From positions 2,587 through 66,586 of the forward strand of contig JAAYMU010000045.1 in assembly GCA_012521215.1 (NCBI GenBank): DNA of 64,000 bases, read 5' to 3'. This DNA is from Peptococcaceae bacterium. Its GTDB lineage: Bacteria > Bacillota > Desulfitobacteriia > Desulfitobacteriales > Syntrophobotulaceae. The translations under genes were made by a program, and so were the position numbers. Each line of letters opens with the position of its first letter. Position 1 is the first letter of the stretch. Below the pieces are notes generated by a model, which had not been told where the DNA came from, did not search any database, and was given only the letters and a program-made list of their open reading frames with translations. Of this stretch, positions 54,134 to 63,136 are shown piece by piece.

Positions 54134-55492
54134 CAGTTGGTAAAGGAAACGCATAACCAGATCTTCATAATACTGCATTTTAGGAGCAATTACCGGTTCC
54201 AAAGCAGTGTTTATATCCGGGTGAGTTTTCTTGTATTCCGGCCAGGTTTGATAATACTTGGAGCGAAACTCAGGAATGGAAACCTCAACTGTTGGGTAGG
54301 TTTTACCTTCCCCGGCAGCGTGTTCCCCGGGGTTGTCATACCGGGCATACTCCATAACATATTCCAGCACCGCAGTATAATTTTCCAGATTGATATCCTG
54401 CAGCAACATTGGGCTTTTATCAAAGCGGAAGATAAATTTTCCGCCCGGGGCTAAGATATCAATCAGTTCTTTAGCCTTATCGATACAGGCCTGGCGGGAG
54501 GAAGTTTTCAGCATCGCCACCGGGTAAAAGCCTGAAATTATATGCTTTTTGCCTAGCTTATCTTTTACTTTTTGCGCATCTCCATATTCAAACCACAATC
54601 TCGTATTGGGCGGAAGTTCATATAAATAATCCAAATAGCGCATCCAATCCTGCTCGCAGAACAAAAAGCTAGGTTGTCCGGCATTGGCTAAAGCATGTAC
54701 CAACTTATAGAGTGTAGGCCAATAGAGCTTCTCAAAATCTTCGGTTCTAAGATAAGGGCCCATATGCAGAGCAATAAAGGTGCCTCCGTATTTAGAAGGA
54801 TTAGGGGCTAAACCGTTTTTAAAAGCCAAAGGCAGTATGGCCTCACAGGCTTCCGCTACTTTGTCAGGACAACGCCTGATATCCATGCTTATACCACGAA
54901 ACCCCCTATTGAAATCTGACAGGAAATCAAAGGGAGTGGTACACCCCCCGAAGGACCCCGGCGGAGGTACATAAAAACCATATTTCTCAATCATTTTGCC
55001 GTCAATGGCCAGATAGGTTTCCGCATAATCGTAGTAGGCTTTAACCGCTTTGGCCAAAACTATGGAACGGGTTACAGCATCGGTATCTAATTCCGGATAA
55101 AGCTTGGGTATTACTTTTTCCAGAATAAAGTCATAGGGATTTCGAATAAAATCGTCATATTGGTTTGCTTCCATGCCGGAAATTTCCGGATGCTGGATAA
55201 CCCCTTTGGAGCTCATGACAAAAGCTTTAGCATTTAATATTTGCAGGTGAGCCGGATAACGGGCGAAACCAAAAGGATAAAAATCAGAAATAATCAGTTG
55301 GCAAGCCCGATCGTATATTTCCTCCATGTTCTCCAAAGTCCACTGGGTCTCACCTAAGGGGTATCCAGAGTATTCAATACACAATTCCAGCGGCAAATTA
55401 GTGTCAACAGGCACTCTACGGGGTATTTTACCATCGTAGACCGCTTCTATAATTTCCTTTCTTTCCTGCCGCAATTTATTTAAATCTGACAT
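54125..55492 (-). CDS. Uroporphyrinogen-decarboxylase (URO-D) superfamily protein of unknown substrate
   Basis: The C-terminal half (KVKDKLGKKHIISGFYPVAMLKTSS...LAPGGKFIFRFDKSP...NLENYTAVLEYVMEY) follows the URO-D/MtaA-family layout. GAGGTG RBS. It is longer (455 aa) than canonical members. Confidence 0.6.
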   Translation of the reverse strand: MSDLNKLRQERKEIIEAVYDGKIPRRVPVDTNLPLELCIEYSGYPLGETQWTLENMEEIYDRACQLIISDFYPFGFARYPAHLQILNAKAFVMSSKGVIQHPEISGMEANQYDDFIRNPYDFILEKVIPKLYPELDTDAVTRSIVLAKAVKAYYDYAETYLAIDGKMIEKYGFYVPPPGSFGGCTTPFDFLSDFNRGFRGISMDIRRCPDKVAEACEAILPLAFKNGLAPNPSKYGGTFIALHMGPYLRTEDFEKLYWPTLYKLVHALANAGQPSFLFCEQDWMRYLDYLYELPPNTRLWFEYGDAQKVKDKLGKKHIISGFYPVAMLKTSSRQACIDKAKELIDILAPGGKFIFRFDKSPMLLQDINLENYTAVLEYVMEYARYDNPGEHAAGEGKTYPTVEVSIPEFRSKYYQTWPEYKKTHPDINTALEPVIAPKMQYYEDLVMRFLYQLVL

Positions 55493-55516
55493 TTTCCCGC
55501 ACCTCTTAAAGCCTAA

Positions 55517-57511
55517 TTAATAACGGCCCAAATCCCTAGCCACAAAGTGAGCGGTATTCGTAGCGTGCCAAATATTCTTGGGAGCAACACAGTCACCCAG
55601 CTGGTAAAATTCTTTTGTTAAGCCGCGTAAAGAATCCGCCTCATCCCACAAAGGTTCTTGACCCACAGCATAGATTACGGTATCGGCCGCAAAAAGTTTG
55701 CGCCCTGATTCCGCTTCCGGGTAATAGATGGGCAAGCCAAAACGGAAAGTTTCAGGCGCTTTAACGCCGGTAAATTCACCAAGCACACCCTGTTTATTGA
55801 TCTCAATAACCTTGGTAGCCGGACTGATTTTAATACCGTATTTTTTAAACTCCAGACTTAAAGCAAGACCCTGCAGGTTGTTGCCTCCGTCATTCAGATC
55901 AGGCATTATTTCCAAGATAGTACACTCCCGGCCCAGCATAGCCAGATATACGGCCAGCTCCATCCCGACCAGCCCGCCGCCTATAATTACAACTCTGCGG
56001 CCGGCTTTTTCAGGTTGAGCATATATTTCCTCCGCTCCGAAAACATTAGCTCTCTCAATGCCCGGAATAGCCGGTTTTATGGGTCGGGCACCCAGGGCGG
56101 CCAAAACTACGTCCGGGGCTATTTCTTTAATCAATTCCGGAGTAACCTTGGTATTTAAGAGAACTTTAATCTTGGGGTGGCGTTCAATAAGCCTGGTCTG
56201 AAGATCAATATACTGCATAAGTTTTTCCTTAAACGGTACTCGCTCCTCGCATAAAAGAGCGCCGCCAAGTCTGGAATTCTTCTCCGCCAGAATAACGGTA
56301 TGCCCGCGGTCAGCACTGGTAAGAGCAGCCTGCATACCGGCCATACCTCCGCCGGCAATGAGTATCTTTTTAAGCACAGCGGGAGGATTATTGTTGTACT
56401 TACACTCTTCTTCATTGCCAATTTCCGGATTGATAGCACAGACCACTCTTTCTCTCTGCATACGATGGGAGAAACACCACAAGCAGCGCATGCATTTTTT
56501 GACCTCATCTTCTTTTCCGGTCTGTAATTTAATAGGCATATCAGGGTCGCAAATTAGGCCGCGAGCCAACTGGACAACATCGGCCTTACCGGAAGCAATA
56601 ATTTCTTCCATGAGATCCGGTTCGGAAAGGGCCCCCACTGTAGCTATAGGGGTAATTTTGACATGTTTCTTGATTTCAGCGGCATATTTTACATTAACCC
56701 CGTCCTCCAGAAACATACTGGGATGAGTAACGGTAAACACATCGTTTACCTCGTGACTGCCGGCCGAAACATGGATTAAATCAGCATGGCCGTCTAAAAA
56801 TACGGCTTGCTCAATACCTGTTTCTATCCCATAGCCGCCCTCAAAGACTTCCGACCCGGTAATCCTGATTTCTACCGGAAAACCCTTACCACAGACTTCA
56901 TGAATACGATCACAAATAGCCACCGCTAAACGGGCCCGGTTTTCGGGCGTACCGCCCCATTTATCCTTACGGTTGTTGCTTTTGGAAAAGAATTGGGATA
57001 TTAGCCAGCCGTGACCGCCGTGCACGGTAACCATCCCAAAACCACAGCTTTTGGCATAGGCAGCGGCCCGGGCAAAATCTTCAATGATTCTGAGAATCAT
57101 CTCCTCAGGCATTTCCTTAATTTCTTGGCCGAAAGGAGTTTCGCCGGCAACCGGCCCATAAGCCTCATATCCCTGGCTATAAGAGTGATAAGAGCAGTTG
57201 CCGCTGTGCAGAATCTCCATGGAGGCCACTGCCCCATGGCGATTTATGGCGTAGGCCAGGTCGGTTAAAACCTGCCTGTTACTCTCATCCCACAGATTTA
57301 TGTGGCTGGGGCGGGACATGCCGTCCAAAGAGGGGCAAGCATCACCGATGCAGACTGAAGCGGATCCGCCGACAGCTTTGCGTTCATAATAATTAATGCA
57401 GTCCTGAACCGGAAATTCAGCTACTCCGGTAGGAGAATTAAAAATCCGGTTACGGAAATATTGTTTCCCCAGGACTATGGGTTGAAATAAATGGGAGTAT
57501 TTTTTGCACAT
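55517..57511 (-). CDS. Enoate-reductase / 2,4-dienoyl-CoA-reductase-type flavo-FeS oxidoreductase, paralog 1
   Basis: OYE-like TIM barrel (HGGHGWLISQF), CMRCLWC-x11-C 4Fe-4S motif, and two dinucleotide folds (IAGGGMAGMQAAL, IIGGGLVGMELAV). Confidence 0.88.
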   Translation of the reverse strand: MCKKYSHLFQPIVLGKQYFRNRIFNSPTGVAEFPVQDCINYYERKAVGGSASVCIGDACPSLDGMSRPSHINLWDESNRQVLTDLAYAINRHGAVASMEILHSGNCSYHSYSQGYEAYGPVAGETPFGQEIKEMPEEMILRIIEDFARAAAYAKSCGFGMVTVHGGHGWLISQFFSKSNNRKDKWGGTPENRARLAVAICDRIHEVCGKGFPVEIRITGSEVFEGGYGIETGIEQAVFLDGHADLIHVSAGSHEVNDVFTVTHPSMFLEDGVNVKYAAEIKKHVKITPIATVGALSEPDLMEEIIASGKADVVQLARGLICDPDMPIKLQTGKEDEVKKCMRCLWCFSHRMQRERVVCAINPEIGNEEECKYNNNPPAVLKKILIAGGGMAGMQAALTSADRGHTVILAEKNSRLGGALLCEERVPFKEKLMQYIDLQTRLIERHPKIKVLLNTKVTPELIKEIAPDVVLAALGARPIKPAIPGIERANVFGAEEIYAQPEKAGRRVVIIGGGLVGMELAVYLAMLGRECTILEIMPDLNDGGNNLQGLALSLEFKKYGIKISPATKVIEINKQGVLGEFTGVKAPETFRFGLPIYYPEAESGRKLFAADTVIYAVGQEPLWDEADSLRGLTKEFYQLGDCVAPKNIWHATNTAHFVARDLGRY

Positions 57512-57610
57512 CTTTAGATTTCACCAGCCCTTCTTTTTCTTATTTTTGAGCAATAACCTTTATTAACACGCTTTAACAGCAAGCTTAGCAATAAATTGAA
57601 CAACAAAGCT

Positions 57611-59554
57611 CTAAAACTTGCCTATGCCCAGCGCTGCGAAATAAGCGGAATGAACGGCATCGACAACCTTGCCAACCTTTCTGCAGTCGCCGACTTGAGC
57701 CACAAACGGAGCCTTATTATAAAGCTTAAAATATGGCTCATCGTTGCTTTGCATGCCCACGGCATAGAAAACACTATCGGCTTGGACAGAGTTTTCTTGG
57801 CCCTCTTGCTCATATCTAACGGTTTTAACCTCTCCGTCAATAATTTCCAGACAACGAGCCTTGGTTATAGTCTTTAGACCCAACTGCTTTACTTTAAGAG
57901 CAAGTCCATGACCATAACAGTACCCGGCCTCGGAAGCAATTGTATCGAGCATTTCCAAAACGGTTACCTGCTTGCCGATATTGGCTAAGTGCAAACCGGC
58001 TTCCACACCAACCAAACCGCCCCCGATTATGACAATTTGGTCGCCCCTTACAACTTCCGGTTGGAAATATATGTCCGAAGCATGATAAGCATATTCAATA
58101 CCTTTAATGGAGGAAGGTACCAGCGGGGTACTGCCGGTAGCCACAATAATATGATCCGGCCTGATCCGCTCCAGCAGCTCATCACAAACCTCCGTGTTGA
58201 GCAGGACATTTATCCCGCTGCGGCCTACTTGACGGATCAAAAATTCTTTATACTTATGCAGTTCGTGTTTTAGGCTTTCATTATCGGTAAAGCGCAAAAG
58301 CCCGCCCAAGGCACTCTCCTTTTCACAGAGAGTAACTTCGTGTCCCCGTTCGGCAGCCGTAATAGCCGCCTGCATGCCTGCCGGCCCGCCACCGACAATG
58401 AGCACTTTGCGCCGGAACTTGGCTTTGCCGATATCTTCTCCGAAACCATAGCGGGCTTCCCGACCGATCAAGGGGTTGACACTGCATTCCAGATGCCGCT
58501 GAGCATTGTCATTGTCGGTACAGTTGAGGCAGCGCAAACAGGGTACGATTTCCTCAGTGCGGCCGTCGAGGGCTTTAGCCGGGAGATAAGGATCGGCAAT
58601 CAAAGCCCGGGACATGGATACCCCGTCCGCTTTACCGGAAGCGATTATTTCTTCAGCCTGGGCCGGATCCAGGATGGCACCGATCACAAAGATAGGAATA
58701 TGGATTTTGCCGGATTTTTTAATTGCTTCACTAAGATCCACGTTCACGCCCAACGGTGAATAAGGAGTGGTGAAAAAGTTGGTAACCCCTTCAGCGCTAA
58801 TCTCTGCCATATCGACATAATCCTGGGCTTTTTCCAGGAAAACAATAATATCATCTACCGTGAAACCATTGGCGACCCGCTCTGAACCGCTTAGACGAAT
58901 ACAAATAGCCTGATCGGGTCCAACTCTTTCCCGCACTCGTTTAAGGGTCATAAGCGGAAATCTCATGCGGTTTTCCAGACTTCCCCCGTATTGATCCGTA
59001 CGTTGATTGATGATGGGGGAAAGAAATTGGGAGAAGAGCCAGCCATGGGCCATATGCAGCAGGACAGTATCAAATCCCGCTTTTTTTACCCAGAATTCGG
59101 TCTGGGCGGCAAAAGCTTCAGCAACGTCCTCCATGTCCTGTTCCGTCATCGCTTCCACTTTAACCCCCATAGCATTAACACCTGCTACAGGCCCCTTAAT
59201 AGGCCCCTTATTATACTCTGGTCTGGCATTCATGCCGCCGTGAGTTAGTTCAACACAAGCAACAGCTCCATGTTCCTTAATACAAGCGGCCATCTCAGAA
59301 AACAAGGGCCAGTTATCGTTGCTACAATCCATGCCGGGCGTATGGTTGGCACCGTCACCTACCGCAATCTCTCCCAGAGTAACCAATCCGGCCCCACCCC
59401 GGGCTTTATGCTCTAAATAGCTGATATAGTACTGGGTGGGCCTTCCGTCCACGGTATGAAAAAGCATGTTTGGCGCGGACATAATCCTGTTTTTAAGAGT
59501 CAACCCTTTGATTTTGAGGGGCTTGAACAAATGAGGATAAGGCTGGGAATACAT
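57611..59554 (-). CDS. Enoate-reductase / 2,4-dienoyl-CoA-reductase-type flavo-FeS oxidoreductase, paralog 2
   Basis: HMAHGWLFSQF, CLRCLNC-x11-C, IVGGGPAGMQAAI and IIGGGLVGVEAGL. AGGGTG RBS. Confidence 0.88.
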   Translation of the reverse strand: MYSQPYPHLFKPLKIKGLTLKNRIMSAPNMLFHTVDGRPTQYYISYLEHKARGGAGLVTLGEIAVGDGANHTPGMDCSNDNWPLFSEMAACIKEHGAVACVELTHGGMNARPEYNKGPIKGPVAGVNAMGVKVEAMTEQDMEDVAEAFAAQTEFWVKKAGFDTVLLHMAHGWLFSQFLSPIINQRTDQYGGSLENRMRFPLMTLKRVRERVGPDQAICIRLSGSERVANGFTVDDIIVFLEKAQDYVDMAEISAEGVTNFFTTPYSPLGVNVDLSEAIKKSGKIHIPIFVIGAILDPAQAEEIIASGKADGVSMSRALIADPYLPAKALDGRTEEIVPCLRCLNCTDNDNAQRHLECSVNPLIGREARYGFGEDIGKAKFRRKVLIVGGGPAGMQAAITAAERGHEVTLCEKESALGGLLRFTDNESLKHELHKYKEFLIRQVGRSGINVLLNTEVCDELLERIRPDHIIVATGSTPLVPSSIKGIEYAYHASDIYFQPEVVRGDQIVIIGGGLVGVEAGLHLANIGKQVTVLEMLDTIASEAGYCYGHGLALKVKQLGLKTITKARCLEIIDGEVKTVRYEQEGQENSVQADSVFYAVGMQSNDEPYFKLYNKAPFVAQVGDCRKVGKVVDAVHSAYFAALGIGKF

Positions 59555-59588
59555 AGAATCACCCTTTCATTGAAGAAGTGTTGAAAAG

Positions 59589-61496
59589 TTATAAGCTTAA
59601 ATTCAACCCAAGATCAATAGCGGCATTAAATCCTTGCATAATGGCATTCTGCAAGGTTCCTTTTTCTTTGGTGCAATCACCGACAAAAATAACTTCAGGA
59701 GCGAGATCTTGCATTTTTTCCATTACCTTAAATCTGGGCCTAAACCCTAAAGCAAGAACCACCGTATCACAACTAAGCTCGGTCCGAACTTGATGTTTAT
59801 CGGTCACAATCGCCCCACCGGCAGTGATCTCCTCTAGTTTAAGGTTATGTTTAATCTCCACTCCCAGATCTCTAAACATGGTCTTAAGATGGATTAAATT
59901 CATAGCCGGGTAAGGACCATGAATCTCTTCCCATGAAAGCAGGTCAATAACAGTTACTTTTTTACCTTCTCTGGCCAAGTGCAAAGCAGTTTCTAAACCG
60001 GTCAGACCCGCACCGGCCACCACAACCCTATTTCCAACTTTCGCTGTTCCCAAGTTCACCTCTCCCGCTAAAACCACATTCTCTTGCTCACAGCCCGGAA
60101 TAGCGGGAATCACAGGTTCTGAACCGACTGCGACGATCAAGATATCGGGCTGCTCGGCCTTTATAATTTCCGGGGTAGCTTCGGTCAGCAGCCTGATGTC
60201 CAAATTAGGGGTACTGCAGGTTGTGCGAACCGCCCAGCCCAGGTATTCCCGCAGATCACTTTTAAACGGTAGGTTGGCCGCTGTCTTTAAAGCTCCTCCC
60301 AGATGGTCTTCTTTTTCCAACAATACAACCTGATGACCGCGCTTAGCCGCAGTCCGAGCAGCTTCCATCCCCGCCGGTCCGCCTCCGACCACCACCACTT
60401 TTTTCTTTGCCAAGGGAAGAGGATAGTTATAAAACTCCGCCTCTCTTCCGGTAACCGGGTTAACGGCACATCTGGCCGGCCAGTGATAACCCCAGTGCAG
60501 ACGGTCGATACATAGGTTGCAGCGAATACAGGGTCTTATTTCCTCACTTCGACCAGTCCTGGCCTTGCGGATACAATCGGGATCGGCAATCACGCTGCGC
60601 AGCATGGCTACCATATCCGCCTGCTGATTGGCCAAAATTTCTTCGGCCAGATCGAAATTAATGGAACCGACGGCCGTAACGGGAGTTTTTAATACTTTTT
60701 TAAATTCAGCAGCCAGGTAAGCATTGACCCCATGGGGATAATAAGCGGTAGGAAACATACGGGGCAAAGTATCAAAATCAAATATTTGGGCGGCGGAAAT
60801 ATTGAACAGATCGACCTGGTCTTCAATAAGGCTTGCAAATTCCAACTGATCCTCCAGAGTTAAACCCCCTTCGATCAATTCATCCCCGCTTAAACGGTAT
60901 TCAATAGCCAGACGGTCGCCTACTTTGTCTCTGATCTCGGACAACATCTCCTTAATAAATCTGACCCTATTGGCTGTCGAACCCCCATATTCATCGGTCC
61001 TTAAATTTCTGACCGGCGAAAAAAATTGACTGATGGCCTGTCCGTGGGCGCCATGAATCATAATCATATCCATGCCGGCCCCTAAACAACGCCAAGCAGC
61101 ATCGGCAAAATCCTGCCGCAAAGAGCGGATTTCTTCCCGGCTCATTTGGGCCGGAGCACGGTCCACATGATAGGTCAATTCAATCGAAGCCTTGGCTCCG
61201 TATCTTTGAATTACTTCCGCTAAACGACACAGGGTATTCACAATTTTATCCGTTCCTAAATTAATAACATGGCCGATATAAGTCGCCATTTCACTTTTGA
61301 CAGGGCTGTCACCAATCGTAACTATGCCGGCTCCCCCTTGAGCAAGCTTGCGATACCATTCCATAAGCTCCCGGGTCACATCACCGTTAAAATCAGCCAA
61401 AAATGGGCCGGCCGGTGCGGTCTCCAACCTGTTTTTTATCGTCAGATTACCGATTTTAACAGGTTGAAAAATATGCTCATAGTGTTTTTTACCCAT
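59589..61496 (-). CDS. Enoate-reductase / 2,4-dienoyl-CoA-reductase-type flavo-FeS oxidoreductase, paralog 3
   Basis: HGAHGQAISQF, CIRCNLC-x13-C, VVGGGPAGMEAAR and VAGAGLTGLETAL. I use the ATG at 61496 (MGKKHYEHIF), preceded by GGAAAGGAGAGGAG. The track ORF is extended by 29 aa. Confidence 0.88.
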   Translation of the reverse strand: MGKKHYEHIFQPVKIGNLTIKNRLETAPAGPFLADFNGDVTRELMEWYRKLAQGGAGIVTIGDSPVKSEMATYIGHVINLGTDKIVNTLCRLAEVIQRYGAKASIELTYHVDRAPAQMSREEIRSLRQDFADAAWRCLGAGMDMIMIHGAHGQAISQFFSPVRNLRTDEYGGSTANRVRFIKEMLSEIRDKVGDRLAIEYRLSGDELIEGGLTLEDQLEFASLIEDQVDLFNISAAQIFDFDTLPRMFPTAYYPHGVNAYLAAEFKKVLKTPVTAVGSINFDLAEEILANQQADMVAMLRSVIADPDCIRKARTGRSEEIRPCIRCNLCIDRLHWGYHWPARCAVNPVTGREAEFYNYPLPLAKKKVVVVGGGPAGMEAARTAAKRGHQVVLLEKEDHLGGALKTAANLPFKSDLREYLGWAVRTTCSTPNLDIRLLTEATPEIIKAEQPDILIVAVGSEPVIPAIPGCEQENVVLAGEVNLGTAKVGNRVVVAGAGLTGLETALHLAREGKKVTVIDLLSWEEIHGPYPAMNLIHLKTMFRDLGVEIKHNLKLEEITAGGAIVTDKHQVRTELSCDTVVLALGFRPRFKVMEKMQDLAPEVIFVGDCTKEKGTLQNAIMQGFNAAIDLGLNLSL

Positions 61497-61616
61497 ATAC
61501 TCTCTCCTCTCCTTTCCCCTCAAAATTTGATCCCGCCGACATAGGTCAAAAAAGCCTATAAGAGCGGCCAAAAGGCACAGCAATTGGCCGCAAACTTATG
61601 GCTTAACTAAACACTA

Positions 61617-62861
61617 TCAGGCCGATACCTGATCCATCTGTTTTTCAATCTTGGGTCTATGGGTTTCTCTTAAGGCAAAAGTAAGAATAAAGGCCAAAAG
61701 GTTAGTAATTGTGGCTACAAGGAAAATAGTCCTCAGGCCGTACATATCGCCGATTGATCCTAAGACACGAGGAGCAAGTGCTGTCCCGAACAATTCACCA
61801 ATAGCCATACCGATAGCCGTCGTTGTCGCAGCGATGAAAGGCGGTACTGATTCCTGACAAATAATGGCCACAAACAGAACTGAAACAAAACCGCAACAGC
61901 CGAGGACCAGAATATAAGAAATCTGGCCTAAGATACCGCTGGTGAGATAGATTACAAACATGGCCAAGGCAATGAAAAAAGTTAAAATTGAAGCACTAGG
62001 TTTACGGCCCAGGCGATCACAAAGAATAGGAATCACAACTGCCCAAACCAAGCCGACAATACCTGAAGCCGAAGACATAAATCCTGTACGGGATAAGGTA
62101 AGGCCTCCTTCATTTACCCAAAAAGTCGTGCCAAAGCTCACTACGCCCCAAAAACCTATCATTACTAAAACGTTGGCTATAAAAGACAAGGTACAATTCC
62201 GATAAGCAAAAATTTTAGGCACGTCTTTCCATCTCATGGAGTCGCTGGCTTCTTCCATGCCGGGAGTAGCCGCTGCTTTCAATTCTTCAGGTTTGATTTC
62301 CCTCATAATAAACCAAATAGCTATCCCGACTATTATGGTTGGCAAACTAATAAGTACAAAGGAATATTTCCAGTTTAAGTGGATAGCTAACTGAATAGTG
62401 ATCGTCGGTCCCAAGATCATGGCAAGAATTCCGATCGCCAGTTGGAACCAGCCAATATAAGTAGCGAACATCTTAGGTTCTCCCTGAACTTTCAGGGTTG
62501 AGGTCATCAAGGGATAGAGGGGACCCTCAGCAAAACCTACAAAGAAACGAATAATTACAAAAGCCATTAATCCTGCTGCGATCGCCGTACCCCCGGAAAA
62601 GATCCCCGTTAACAGAATTAAAGGTACTATCCATATCTTTTTCTTACCTGTTTTATCCGCCAACGGAGTAAGGAAAAGTGAAGACAGAAAGAAACCAAGT
62701 CCCGTAAACATAACAATTTGACCTGTCTGAGCATTGTTCAGGCCAAATTCCTCCATTAATACCGGAAACAAAAAAGTAATAGCATTCCTATCCAGCAATA
62801 CCAGTCCCCAAGTAATGGCGAACAAGATACCAAGAGTTATTTGGTAAGTTTTTACTTTCAC
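61617..62861 (-). CDS. Major facilitator superfamily transporter
   Basis: 12 predicted TM segments and an MFS loop motif (PLADKTGKKK). GTG start with GGAGGAG 5 nt upstream. Confidence 0.9.
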   Translation of the reverse strand: MKVKTYQITLGILFAITWGLVLLDRNAITFLFPVLMEEFGLNNAQTGQIVMFTGLGFFLSSLFLTPLADKTGKKKIWIVPLILLTGIFSGGTAIAAGLMAFVIIRFFVGFAEGPLYPLMTSTLKVQGEPKMFATYIGWFQLAIGILAMILGPTITIQLAIHLNWKYSFVLISLPTIIVGIAIWFIMREIKPEELKAAATPGMEEASDSMRWKDVPKIFAYRNCTLSFIANVLVMIGFWGVVSFGTTFWVNEGGLTLSRTGFMSSASGIVGLVWAVVIPILCDRLGRKPSASILTFFIALAMFVIYLTSGILGQISYILVLGCCGFVSVLFVAIICQESVPPFIAATTTAIGMAIGELFGTALAPRVLGSIGDMYGLRTIFLVATITNLLAFILTFALRETHRPKIEKQMDQVSA

Positions 62862-63136
62862 CTTGTCTCCTCCTTTTCTTTTTTTGTGTTTGAAATTAAG
62901 TCTAAGCGCGCTTAAGCTTAATATTTCTATTTACCCATAGACCACCTCATTTCTTGTCCCCAAGAATAGTGTCATGCCTAATATACAACTTACCGGCAGA
63001 GGTTTTTATATACAGTTTTGCAAAAAACTGCCTATAACAGTTTGTTTAACAGATTGCTCAACATTTTGTTCCAACCATAAATAAGAGACAACATTTTGAA
63101 ATGAACGATGTAGGAAAATGGGCAAAAAAAAAGAGG

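Noticed and set aside
58340-58759. Long ORFs antisense to or out of frame with confident genes. Examples are 58340-58759 (+), 29016-29387 (+), 40519-40854 (+), 50489-50842 (+), 23513-23884 (+), 47754-48107 (+), 9352-9729 (+), 56155-56508 (-) and 32193-32411 (-).
   Set aside because: Each lies entirely within, or opposite, a gene with strong family motifs. Their translations are low-complexity or compositionally odd (rich in S, L, F or R), and none has a convincing RBS. They are treated as shadow ORFs.
55517-61496. Idea that the three reductases are bilirubin-reductase (BilR) orthologues, which would pair attractively with a tetrapyrrole-type URO-D fold.
   Set aside because: As I recall, the BilR clade is marked by an HGDR motif in the OYE active-site region. 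The equivalent strings here are HGGHGW, HMAHGW and HGAHGQ. The tetrapyrrole idea is therefore kept only as one speculative substrate class, not as an assignment, and a proper alignment is needed.
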